Assembly: GCA_021613535.1 (NCBI GenBank)
Contig: CP075492.1
Coordinates: forward strand, 19,034,001-19,098,000
Source: Adineta vaga
Lineage: Eukaryota > Animalia > Rotifera
Direction: 5' to 3'
DNA: 64,000 nucleotides
A model generated the notes under the pieces. The model made no database searches. It saw only the letters and a program-made list of their open reading frames with translations, and was not told the origin of the DNA. Of the stretch, positions 26,101-38,186 are shown in pieces; within the stretch, counting starts at the first letter, position 1, and each line of letters starts with the position of its first letter. The position numbers and the translations under genes were made by a program.

Positions 26101-27273
26101 ATATAAAAAACTTGAGTGCTGGTCGATGGAATACAAACATACTGACGGTCGACATTGAGAAAAATAATGTGAATAATTGAGGTTTGTTGAGAGATTTTCC
26201 AGGAATCCAATGTTAAGAAGATCGTCGAACGTACTGCTTTGATTTGTTTCTTCTGATATGTTCAAAGCGGTCGGCATTAAAGTTAATGACCAATTGGCAT
26301 AGGCTGCCATGCTGTTAAGTGCACTTTGATTATTCACAAAACTGCTGTCATATGATGAAAGGAAAAGTGATTCCATGGGCCAACAAGCAACGAACCAATT
26401 TGGTACAGGAGTAGGTTGTATGTAATTCATCCAAGATATGGTTGTAAGACCGCTATAAATGACCAGTTTATAGAGAGCGGACCTCATATTACACGCACCA
26501 GAGCCAGAACAGAGGCAAATAGGAGATGTGCTGTTTTCTTGGTATGCTGCAGGAGTATATATTACTCGCCAGTTTTTCAAATCAGTTGAGTAAAGATACA
26601 ATATGTTATTCGTTACGATACCCGTCATGAATTGGTTTCCCTTTAGAAACAAGTGTACCAGCGAAAAAGTGTTAAGAAATTTTTTAATGGTACTCGTTTT
26701 AAAGGTAGCTACCATTGTTTGAACTTTAGTCTCCAATAAAGGCTGGCTTAATAAATAGCCTGATATGAGTTCTCCATCATAAAAGTTTTGAATATCATTG
26801 CCAATGGCTGTTTGCGATAGGTTGCATAGTTCTCGTAAAACTTGAAACTGATTACTAGCCGTCGCACGAAAGTCGGGTACATAGCGTATGAATGTCTTAT
26901 CGTCGAAAAGCATATTGATCCACGTTTGTGAGACAAAACCACTGGAACATATGGCATGATATTTAGGAATTACTTCAACGAATGAATGATATGGGCTAGA
27001 TACTTCAGTGCATGAACATTTGATATCATAGACATTCTGCAATTTGAAATATGCTTCCAAAGATGGATTTTTTACTTCAATTTGTTGCGTTTTAATAGCT
27101 AACACATTATAAGTAAACAAGACAGACATTGCAGAAAACAGAAGAATGATGTAAACACGTGTGGAGCATCGTTGAATGTAAATTGTTTTCGGTTCTGTCG
27201 AGTCTGTTTTGAATAGATTGAGCTCAACGAGAAATTGATTTACACGTCGAGATAGACTATGTCTTTCTTCCAT
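23179..27273 (-). CDS. Membrane protein of three tandem TM-Cys-rich ectodomain-TM units (uncharacterised family; DEG/ENaC-P2X-PAC-like topology)
   Basis: Exons 27273-25971, 25892-24552 and 24497-(23242 or 23179) are joined by phase-1 introns of 78 and 54 nt with GTAAG donors. Each unit has LN(L/V)F..T(R/H)xYxxLL, CxC..HxxCxSxFVS, CxC..C, C.P.ES/DS..S, YFxQCxPxxC and GLxGGL. Confidence 0.88.
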
Positions 27274-27325
27274 CACAAATTTCTATACACAAATTAATAA
27301 AAACGAGTGTTATTTACAATGTGCT

Positions 27326-27400
27326 GGGTGTGGGTGCCTGTGTAGATGTGAATGGTGCATTTACAACTAGATCTCATCGACAGGCACAAGAACATTCACG
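27326..27400. repeat. Degenerate telomere-like hairpin
   Basis: GGGTGTGGGTGCCTGTGTAGATG...CATCGACAGGCAC, ~50 bp upstream of the ATG at 27273. Confidence 0.45.
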
Positions 27401-29371
27401 CCGTCAACTTTGAGAAGAGATGGTGACGAGAAAAAATGTTTTTGTGGTCACGAGTCGAGGGTCAAGTGAATTGAAACAACGTACGTTACTTGTATATGGT
27501 CTAAACTACTATGTTATCAAATAAGAAAGAAAGAATTTGTCTTTCAATAAATTTTCGTCATTTTTCTCTTCGATATTAGTCCATTCGGTCCAACTACCGC
27601 ACACTATTTTTTATTGCTATTTGTTGTTATCAGTAAATGTATTTTTTTTCTTTATGGAAGAAAATAAATATTTTATATTCTCTTCATTCTATTTATTTTC
27701 TTTCAGCATTTTTTTGTTTCGCCGTTCTCGATGCATATCAATTCACTAATTAACGGAAGGGGAGGGATCTTGCAATACGCCGGTCAGACTTTTCCCCTGA
27801 TGGGGTCTTCTATACTGGGGTTTTTGTATGAATAGATTGTTTGGACCAGTGACGAAGGTCACATCTTGTATAATTAATTCCAATTTAACAAACAAAGACT
27901 CGGTACAAATAATGTAGTTGCATTAATTGATATATGTAAGCATTTTTCAGATATAGAAATTGTTTAAAATGTTTATTAAGCGTGCAAACACAACGATTTT
28001 ATGAATTAATACTGAAATATCCCTAGTTGAGATGAAGAATCTATCCATAAATCTCTCGTCTGTGAACGTTCCTGTGTTCCACACTTACCTTTGAAAGAGT
28101 TCAATTTTCAGATGAACAATGTGTTCAAATAAGAGAGATAAAATATATTTGAACGTAATATTATGTCTAATAGTTGTCTTACAAACTTGTTTGTTCTTAT
28201 TTCACTGACGTACTCTCTTAAACAAAGTACAAGGTTTATATATTTTAGGGAGAGAGAGAAAAAAAGATGGAAGGAAAAGTTAAAAAAACGTTTATTCATC
28301 ACTGTGAAAACTGTTTATCCAATATGACATTCCATTTTCTTAATTGATACATGTAAATTCAAAAATTTAATATGTAGGGTATGGTGACGATGGAATATTT
28401 TTTATGATTATTCGTAGTTTTTATCGTAATTGAAAAATATATATCCATTTAAGGAAAATTACAGTAAGTAAACAATATTTCAGTGTAATCTTAGTGAAGA
28501 TATCGTGATAACATCATATATCAGTCTAGAGATGTGAGCAACCGCGATAAAAATACGAATATCCGTCTTTTAAACCTTTTCAGTGTTGAGAACTAAGTTT
28601 TGAGTTTGTTCCAATCTAGTTTCTTATTATAATATTCTATATCATCGTTTTCCGTCATTTTTGCTTGGAAATTTCATCAAAAAGGAAAAATTCCTGAAAA
28701 AAAGAATTGAAAAACTCAAGCTGCCAATCAAAACATCGGTTTACATCTCTACATGAGTCCTATTCTTTGTCAAAACAACATAATGGAAGAAAAAAGAATA
28801 ACTTTTTTCTCATTAGGAAAAACTATTATAAATTAGTTTTGACAATTGAAGTGTTTCTAAGAGAGAAAGAAATCTTTTTAAACGGTCTTCTAAAGAAATA
28901 CAAAGAAAAGTCAAAAAAATGTCCTGTAAATAAATTTTACCATACACAAATCATTCATTGTCCGTTTCTCTATGAAGCAAACTTTGCAGTTATTTTCTTT
29001 CATTTACATGTATACATGATGAAGTTTTCCTTTTTTCTCGTATCTCTTTCAATTGACAGTTTTATGACTTCTAGTTTCTTGCATATGAAATATGATGCTG
29101 TGTCATTATAGATGAAGTAACTTCAAGAAAAAAAGACACTCAATTAAATGAAAATCGACGAAATTCTCAGTGACTCGCATATATTCAGAAGCAGAAGTTG
29201 ACGATTTGGATCTATTTTCAAGAAGATATTCCAGACACGCTTCTATTGTTTACATTTTGATAGATCGAATAAAATTACAATCTGTTTAAAAATTTAAAGA
29301 AGTTTTAATTTTTCGTCCAAATAAGCCGTTCTTCAAAAGATTAATATGTTAGAACTAAATCTGTATACATA

Positions 29372-29420
29372 GTGTTGAGTGTCACGTTCGGTCCCTCACC
29401 CACACCCACACCCTCGGGAT
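29372..29420. repeat. Telomere-like hairpin element (strong C arm)
   Basis: GTGTTGAGTGT...CCCTCACCCACACCCACACCCTCGGGAT directly abutting the foldback TIR at 29421. Confidence 0.7.
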
Positions 29421-30217
29421 GATCTGTGCTAGGGCTAAGGGTGAACCCTAAGATCCCCCAGCACATGCCCAAAAATCCGTTTGAAACAGCCCAGTCTCGT
29501 AAGACAGTGCCGGCTTTCAAACCGATGAGAACAGATATTACACTTCGATCTAAGCCTGAAAATAAGACGAGAAGCGATACTATATTATTGTCATTCTTAC
29601 TCTCGAACATGTGTGTATCTTTACACATTCTCATTTGCAGAATAAAAAAATGACGAAATACTCAAATGTATTATTCACATTGTACAGCATAACTCGAATG
29701 ATTATATCCTACTGCAAATGTCACATTCATGCGATCAATAATAGAATGACAAACAGTTACTTAGAATTTTTTTAGGAGTCTAAGTTCGATCAAACTTAGC
29801 CATCGACAAACTGTTAGTGGAACAACACTCGCTTAGAGTAAAGTCAAATTTATGAATCATTCTTTATCGTTCTGACGTAAAAATCTTGCATAATTTTTCT
29901 CATTCTACAAATGAGAATGTGTAGGAAATCGGTCACAAATCGCATCATCACGTCTGATTGCATCTTGAACACATACGCCTGTTCTATAATGGCAGCGTAG
30001 TATTGTTAAATGATCTCAAAAGACACAGACATAGTCGAGAGTAAGAATGGCAATCATTTAGTATCGCTTCTCGCCTTCTCAGGCTTAGATCGAAGTGTAG
30101 TATCTGTTCTCGTCGGTTTGAAAGCCGGCGCCGTCTTACGAGACTGGGCTGTTTCAAACGGATTTTTGGACATGTGCTGTGGAATCGTAGGGTTCACCCT
30201 CATCCATAGCACAGATC
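29421..30217. mobile_element. ~800 bp non-autonomous foldback element with ~200 bp TIRs
   Basis: 29421-29622 is inverted at 30019-30217 (GATCTGTGCTA..GGGTGAACCCTA..AAAATCCGTTTGAAACAGCCCAGTCTCG). No clear TSD. Confidence 0.75.
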
Positions 30218-30714
30218 TTCTCGACACAGCAGTGCCGTCGAGAATGGTCAACTCTTTGAGTACCATCTTTATTCTAAATCCAATGACAACAATCACCGAA
30301 GTGTTTCCTCACTTTGAGATGGTGTAGGATGATTTGCAATTATAATTTCGATCGTTAATAGTCGGAAAATATAAAATTCATTTTCATAGATTATGATGGA
30401 GCAGTATACTTCTATGGCTATTATTCTACTCACTCAGAATCGTTAAAAACATTTTTCACAGTCAGCAGTTTTACTTTTCTTACAAACGAAATGTACAGAA
30501 TTGCAACAAAAAAGGTGTAGACGTTAATCATTCTTTTGCGTTGATTTAAGATATGCGTCAAGATGATGAAATCAACATTCATTTTTGCAGGTATGAGAAG
30601 CGAAAAAGTTGTAAGGAATGACATCACTTAGTGGCGAAATATTTACTTGAAACAAGCAATTGGAAATTTTACTGTAATATTAATAGTCATCGAAAAAAAC
30701 ACCTTCCATTTGCA

Positions 30715-31248
30715 ATGAATTGTACTATTTGTGGTGAAACAAGTGACAAAATCTATGACAGTATTCATTTATGTCAACTTTGTTATCAAACAAATATCAG
30801 ACATTTGAATTCCTTCAATGACCATCTTGAATATGAACCTTCGAACTTCATCATCGACAATATCTATTTGGGTTCTCAAAAATCTGCTGTTGATCTCAAC
30901 AAATTATTTAGCCTCAATATTCAATACGTACTAATATTAGGCAAAGGTATGCAAGGAAATTTCAATAGAATTATCTATAAAACGATAGAAATCGACGATT
31001 CATTAGAACAAAATCTTTCCAACTACATTGAAGAAGCATTAGAATTTGTTTGTGAAAGTCAAAAAAACAATTCCAATATCTTAGTACATTGTGTTTCTGG
31101 TATTTCTCGTAGTGCTTCGATAGTTATCGCTTATATGATGAACAAATATCAAATGAATTATGATCAAGTCTTTTCTTATGTGCAAACAATACGACCAATT
31201 GTACGTCCAAATTCGAATTTTATCCGACAACTAAACAGTCATCAGTAA
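30715..31248 (+). CDS. Dual-specificity protein phosphatase with N-terminal CxxC..CxxC motif, intronless
   Basis: IIDNIYLGS, IEIDD and the active-site loop ILVHCVSGISRSASIVIAYMM, then RPIVRPNSNFIRQL. First ATG at 30715. Confidence 0.9.
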   Translation: MNCTICGETSDKIYDSIHLCQLCYQTNIRHLNSFNDHLEYEPSNFIIDNIYLGSQKSAVDLNKLFSLNIQYVLILGKGMQGNFNRIIYKTIEIDDSLEQNLSNYIEEALEFVCESQKNNSNILVHCVSGISRSASIVIAYMMNKYQMNYDQVFSYVQTIRPIVRPNSNFIRQLNSHQ

Positions 31249-31473
31249 ATTCGTTTTTTCTCAATGAATAATACAACATAGGATTGTGATTTTTACTGTT
31301 GTTGAGTCACACCACATCCATCTCTCTTTTCTGTTATCCATATGATTTATTAGTTTTAATTAAAAATATTTCATCAATGAAAGATCTATTGATCATATCC
31401 ACATAGGATCGTGTTCGATCTGCAGCTTCTCTCTTAAGTCTAAACAGAAGTCAGTGTTAGAATAGAATCATCG

Positions 31474-31532
31474 TCTTGCGGGTGGATGTGGGTGTCGGTG
31501 TGAGTTTCTTTCTCATCCACATCCACACCCTC
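31474..31532. repeat. Telomere-like hairpin element
   Basis: TCTTGCGGGTGGATGTGGGTGTCGGTGTGAG-short spacer-CTCATCCACATCCACACCCTC. Confidence 0.75.
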
Positions 31533-31974
31533 TATCATTTCCACTACCAAGAATTTCACCTTCTCGTTCACTTTCACATCAACGCATTATTCAATGATTC
31601 TTATAATCTACCACATATATTTGACCGAAATGATCAAGAACTGTTCTCTGAGAAGGATACAATCGATTCAGACTGTTTCACTGACCATTTTCACCGGTTA
31701 CAACGTTTGCGCATTGTTTGAATATGATTTCTACGGAAGAAAAAGCAGTTTTTATTCCTTATTTATCTTTATACTTCCTAATGCATCTCTACCTCTTCGT
31801 ATCTATAAAACTTTATTTGTCAATGATAAGAATTAATTTACGATAATAAAATGCCATTATATAGAAAAAAGAACTTTAAAAATATTTGTTTTTTTTTCTT
31901 TCAATGCAAAAGAAAATAATTTTCTCTAGAAACATATTACTCCGATTATTCCAGATAAAAGAAATAAGATCAAA

Positions 31975-33677
31975 ATGAATATATTGAAAATCATATTTAT
32001 TTTTATTTTTTTCATTTATGGTACAGTAATTTCTATAAAAAATGATCAAGAATCTAATGCTCTTATAACAACAGAGTACAGCAATTATTTATATGAATTT
32101 AGTTCAACATTTGTTCGACCAAATGGCAATTCAAGTAATTACCATTTTCATTCGATTGTAGTACAAATTTTTCAAACTGGTTCATATAGTTTTACAAGTA
32201 ACGGTATTGATCTTTATGGGTCTTTTCATAGGAGTGTTGTTGATCTAATTAATCCTTCTAAAAATATGATTACATTTGATGATAATAGTGGTGGTAATGG
32301 ACAATTTCAAATAAAACTTGGTTTACAATCTGGTTATTTCTATTTTTTAATGGTTACTACATCTTTTCCAAATGTAACAGGATCATTTGTGATCATATAG
32401 TTGAAGGTCCAGCTAATGTTGGACTCGCTTATAATGATCTTTTCGTTTTGGGATATACGACAACAAGTAAATAAATCTGTTTATTACAAATTTAAATATC
32501 TATAACTTTATTTTAGCTACAATTCCAACTATAATAACATCTGATCATTCAGGTGTTTTATCATGTAACAACTTACAATTCTCTCGACCATCGAGTCTTT
32601 CAGAAAATCATTATTATCAAGCTGTTGAAATAATACCTCCTATAAACGGCGCATATATTTCCATGAGTAGTAGTTCAATGGATACTGTTGGTTATTTTTA
32701 CAAAAATTTCTTTAATCCATTTTATCCTTATCGGTATTTGACTGCATCTAATGATGATAATGATGGTGACAAACAATTTCGTATTAATGTTACTTTACAA
32801 TTTCCATACAAATATATTTTGGTTATTACTACATTTGGAGATAATATTACAGGAAATTTTTTTATTAAAGCAATAGGTCCAGCATCCCTTGATTTTACGT
32901 CGATTGATCAAATAAGAAGTAAGTAAAGAAAAATATATAAGAATAGTAAATGTTTTCTCGTTTATTTTAGGTTATTATAATAATAGTTTATCTTGTAATG
33001 GTGCATCATATTCCCGCTGGGGTTCGAATAGTGATCTTTCTTGTTATTTTTATCGAGCAGTTTCTGTGGTAACTTCTAAGAATGGTTTTTTTACATTTTT
33101 TAGCAATAGTTCGATGGACACATATGGTTATCTTTACAATAATTCTTTTGATCCACTCAGTCCATCACAAGATTGCATTAAAATTAGCGATTATGATGCT
33201 ACTAATGGCCAATTTCGAATTAGTTCTACTTTACAATCTGATAGTACATATGTTTTAGTCATTACGACAAGAAAAGAAAATATTCAAGGAACATTTCAAA
33301 TTATAGCAAATGGTCCATCACAGGTTTACTTCTATCCAAGATCAGGTAGATCAATATAAGAATAAACTAGTACAAAATTAATTTCTTTCTTTTTATGTAG
33401 AACAATATTCATTATGTCCTAATTGTATAACGTTATCAAATTCAAATCGATTATCTACGGAAAACAAATCGTTGCTATTGTTGTTCCAATTTTGATTGCG
33501 TTGATTCTACTTACTATTGGTTGTTGTGTATATTGATATAAACATAAAAAAATACCCAGACATCATCAAAATGTTCAAGTAGATGTACCTTATACAATTC
33601 TATTAACAAGAATGTCTGACCGTTTTGAACAACAACCACCATCATATGAATCAGTTCTATCACTACGAAGAACATAA
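31975..33677 (+). pseudogene. Type I membrane protein with three PPC-like (bacterial pre-peptidase C-terminal-like) domains and a cytoplasmic PPxY motif; disabled
   Basis: Signal peptide; three repeats of D(T/L)xGxxY..P..DD..xQFxI..LQ..YxLxxTT; TM IVAIVVPILIALILLTIG; tail PPSYESV. Lesions: 2-nt insertion near 32397, frameshift near 33463, in-frame TGA at 33534. Confidence 0.7.
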
Positions 33678-33855
33678 AATCAAATCGATTTTATATGAAA
33701 AGAATGTGTGTTTAAGAAACAAAAAAAAATATAGTTTTTCTGTTCACATTGATTTACAGATCTTTTTATTTGTTTTTATACATTTGAAGAGCTGAATGAT
33801 TATGAGAGGAAAGGATTGTTTTCGAATTGACAAACGTTCTTCATGAGCTGAACGT

Positions 33856-33943
33856 GTTTGTGGGTGTGGGGTGTGGGGTGTGGGTGAGGGTGTCGGTCCA
33901 GGTGCACAGAGATCACTATATTACCCACACCCACCCCTCAAGA
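33856..33943. repeat. Telomere-like hairpin element with five G-runs
   Basis: GTGGGTGTGGGGTGTGGGGTGTGGGTGAGGGTG...ACCCACACCCACCCCTCAAGA. Confidence 0.85.
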
Positions 33944-34420
33944 GAACGACAAATGTACATCGATCGTATTTTTCGCGAAGGTGCGCCATCTGCACAACAC
34001 GAATTTGGTATGATTGAATCGTCTGATGTCATACTAATGGTTATTAAGACTTGACAAATCCAAAAATTTCCAATATTACTTAAAAAATTCCACACATATG
34101 TCAGAAAAGTAACAGAGAACTTATCCATTATAATATTCACTGGCTTTTTTTGTCAAAATCATATGTTCTTCGTCACGATTGTTTTTTTGTGTAGGCAGAA
34201 AATATTATTTGCATCCTATGAGTCATTCAAAATAAGGTAGTGTGATCACATCCTTTTTTCGTGCTCGTTTCTATGAAGTTTGGACTTATCTATTGCGTGC
34301 AGCACAAAAAGCTAAAGTAATTCGATAGTGACGCACTTAATCTGACTATTGACAACTGTTTTTTTACCAACTTATAAGAAGCATTTCACAATAAACAGTA
34401 TAACGAGTAAACGCAGTATC

Positions 34421-35483
34421 ATGGGCAAGATTTTCTCGGCCAATCGTCGACAACGATTTGAGTCCCTTCCCAATGAAATTCTCATGGAAATTTTTTATTA
34501 TATCGATCCTATTGATCTTCGTAGTTTCAAAGGTCTTAATAAAAGAATTGATCGCATAATTGAAGTTTTAAAAATCAATGTTAATATTCATTGGAAGGCG
34601 AAAATGGATCCTACATGTTTATCTATTTTTAATCCATCACAAATTATTCGTTTGGAAATGCGTAATCGGTGGTTTTCAATGAATTTAACGAGCATGACAG
34701 AACTTCAATCGCTCACACTTGACTGCAATTGTCTTTCAGACGACCAGTTAAATCAGGTAATCACGATATTGTAAAAGGACAGTGATTTCGAATTGAAAGT
34801 ATTTATTTAGATGATCACACTTACTCTACATTATTTGGTGCGGCTCTCCATTGACAATGTAACCTCTAATCTGCAGAATCTTTTATTTTATACAATTTTT
34901 CGTGGCGAACATTTTCCTTCGCTCAAAATATGTCGACTGAAATCAAGACATTCATAATTTAAAACTCGATGATAATAATTCATTACCAAACAACATCGTT
35001 CGTTCTTTGACTATTAACAAATGGAGTTGGCATGAACTCAGATCTTTACTGTATCAATTACCTCATTTGTGCCGACTGGACACACATTTTGCAGAACCAT
35101 ATCCCTTGTCAGTTACGTCTATTGATCCTCATTTATCAATCAAACATCTACGAATTACATTGAATAATCCGTCAGATGACCTGGCAACATTATTGAAATT
35201 GACACCCAATCTTGTTCGATTACGTATTCGTGGTAGTCTCGGAAATATCAGTGTGTTAAAGCATCTCAATAAGATAGCCGAAATGCTGTTCGATCTTGTG
35301 CCTCATCTTCAATATTTCCACTGCGAACTATACTGTTATTCAAATGAGGATGACAATGAATTGAATATACGATCGATTCATCGACTCTTTGAAGGCGTCC
35401 GATGTCTTTATGGAAGCGCTCAAAACCGATGCTATGCTACTGATATCACCCCTTATCCAATTCCCAATGAGTATGAAAGTTAG
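34421..35483 (+). pseudogene. F-box/LRR-like gene with a frameshift
   Basis: MGKIFS..FESLPNEILMEIFYYI. Intron 34757-34810. Exon 2 hits TAA at 34955 and homologous-looking sequence continues in the +1 frame. Confidence 0.65.
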
Positions 35484-36163
35484 TATTTGGTTGATTCTTG
35501 AGAGATACTATTAATTTTTGTGTACTCCAAACGCGATTACACTCTAAAAACGGTCAATGTGTCCACTCGTTTACGCGATAACTCTTTTTGGATTTTCATT
35601 GGTGCAAAAACGTATGTCTTGAGAATTTGTCGATCATGATAAGATAAAGTTTTAGTAGTAGGAGTTCTTGAGTTGGTTTTTGTAAGAAGATACAGATAAT
35701 TTTTCGACTCACTGTAATTATCTAAAATAAATAAAGGCTGGAGGTGTCAGTTATTTCTGCTTTTTGAAGTACACATAATTCGCAGATTCAAATTTCTTTC
35801 GAAAATAATGTTTCACTTAAAACTTAAAGATAGAATTATTTCTCATTTAGTTATCGTGCGATCGACCTCCTCGAGCTCATCACCACACTCGACTTCGCCG
35901 TCATCATCATACTGCAGTTATTATGATAATGATAACTTTCGTAAGTATAATACAAGCGACTAAGGTGATGATAATGGATTTATCGATTCTGATATGGAAT
36001 GCGTGATAACTACAAGCAAAACTATGGGTCATTGTCATAGAGTGGAAATAATGCTTAAAGGAGAATAAAACTTTTACACTTATAATAATCATTATTCATT
36101 GAAATAACATTATTAGAAATAAAGATAGAGTTAGATCGTTTTGTTCGTGAAAATATCAACAAG

Positions 36164-36226
36164 ATGTGTGTGTGTGGGTCGATGAGGGTATATCTTCTTC
36201 GCTCACATCTACACCCACACCCTCAA
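36164..36226. repeat. Telomere-like hairpin element
   Basis: ATGTGTGTGTGTGGGTCGATGAGGG...CTCACATCTACACCCACACCCTCAA. Confidence 0.7.
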
Positions 36227-36820
36227 TTCTCGACTTTCTTTTCTTCATCAAATATATTATTCGTCTCTACGTACATGATCTTGTCAAAGAGTCATACACG
36301 AACCTCTGAAAATTCTTATTTTCTATACTTCCTTTCGAATATCTTTTAAGAGAACAATGTATAGCTAAATTCAATTGATGGAATGTTCTTCCTAGATCAA
36401 ATATTACATCAGGATACATTTCGCTTTTATATATCTTTGAGTTTTCGTACATACTTTTACGATAGTCAAATATTCTACACATTCTCACTTTCATATCTAA
36501 AGCAAAATAAAAAAAGCAATCGATGAGATATATGGGAATCTGATTCAATATTTGTTCTTCATGGTATTCCTTCCTTTATTGAAGGAATGATAAATAGTCA
36601 TAGATTTGTTTCATAATACTATTAGTATATAAATATATGTATATATATATATATATATATAACGTGTGCAAGTCAAGGTAAGCCGATTTAGTTTTGTACC
36701 ATAAATATTATTTTTATTTGATTATTTTATATAATTTCATAGATAAAATATAGAATTCAGTTTAAATGAAATAGAAATCTTGTAGAATAAAGAGTTACGA
36801 TGGAAAGAATTCATCATACA

Positions 36821-38186
36821 ATGCTGATTGTGGTTCTCTATATTCTCTCTGCTGTCTATCAACATTTTCCAAGTCTTATGTTTTTATTTACGATACGGAA
36901 AACTCACCCTCATTACAATATTATGACTGTCTTCATTCTGGACTTTCAACAACTCGATATGATGTTGGTGGTATCAAATATTGTCGACAGTTATATGAAA
37001 ATCAATCATTAAATCGTCATTTTAATCAATCCTGTCATAACAATGGTATTTTGTGCTCATTTGAACAATTGTCTATTCTTAATCTATCAGCATTCGATGT
37101 TTTAAAATGGAGTTCTAGTATAGAACAAGTAGATCTTTATTAAAAATATTTAACCAATAATGCACTTGATATTGAAGATGCATATATATGTAACTGTACA
37201 CTTCGATCTTCATTTGGTAAATTTTGTGAATATTATTTTTACTTCGATACCACATCCTTCGATGAAGCCATTACATTACAGTTTGATTTGATTTCAAGTA
37301 ATATTACAGTTGATGAGAGCATCAATGTTGGTAGTCAACTTCATAATAATCGACCATGCTATACGACATTGATATGTGATTCTGGATTAATGTGTCTTGA
37401 TTGGAGGCATATTTGTGATGGTAAGGAAACGAGAAATATTTATTATTTTAATTTCATCTTTTAATAATTGATTCTATAGGTAAGCAACAATGTATGGAAG
37501 GTTTAAGATGAAGAATCTTGTGAAAAATTAGAATTCAATGAATGTGAAGATGATGAATATAGATGTGCTAATGGAATGTGTATTCCAGAAGAATATTGGT
37601 TAGATGGAGATTATGATTGTATGGATTGGACAGATGAGATCGGTATTAGTGTTTCCACAGGATCACACTGTTATCAGTCGCCATTGTTCGAATGTGATGA
37701 ACATTTATGTCCTTATAATCAATGGTCATGTGGCGATGGTAGATATTTATATGTTTTTAAATAAGTAGTTATCTTCTATTCTTGTCATATAGGTCAACAG
37801 CTGCCAAAGATAAATGCGCGTTCTTTGTCAAATGCGCATTAGGTAGAGGTCTCGATCGAGATTGTCCATGTAAAAATTTTGTTACGTGCCGTCTATTAAT
37901 AATTAATTCGTGTACGAATATGTCATTGATCTATCCTACATTAGGCAGAATAATTGCTCCGCATGTTATCATGGATTATACACATGATCGTGATTGGATA
38001 AATAGAAAACCACATAAGATTTTGTATCAAGGACGAATAAAATGTATTGGTTATCAGACAATAACAAATCGTATTCGGCGATGGATACTCACTGAGTCAT
38101 TTGATTTTTATGATTATAAAACATGCATATTCTATATGAAAAGATTCGGCTTTTCAATCGAATTTTTTGACAGAACAACTAAATGA
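36821..38186 (+). pseudogene. 5' fragment of an LDL-receptor class A/EGF-containing receptor (LDLa-GPCR-like), disabled
   Basis: CNCT..FGKFCEY, CLDWRHICDG, ECEDDEYRCANGMCIPEEYWLDGDYDCMDWTDE. Frameshifts near 36885 and 37505, in-frame TAA at 37141. No 7TM part is visible. Confidence 0.7.

Noticed and set aside
15193-30327. Similar small ORFs at 15193, 29341, 29426, 30010 and 30054 as a gene family
   Set aside because: They are chance frames within copies of the same non-coding foldback element.
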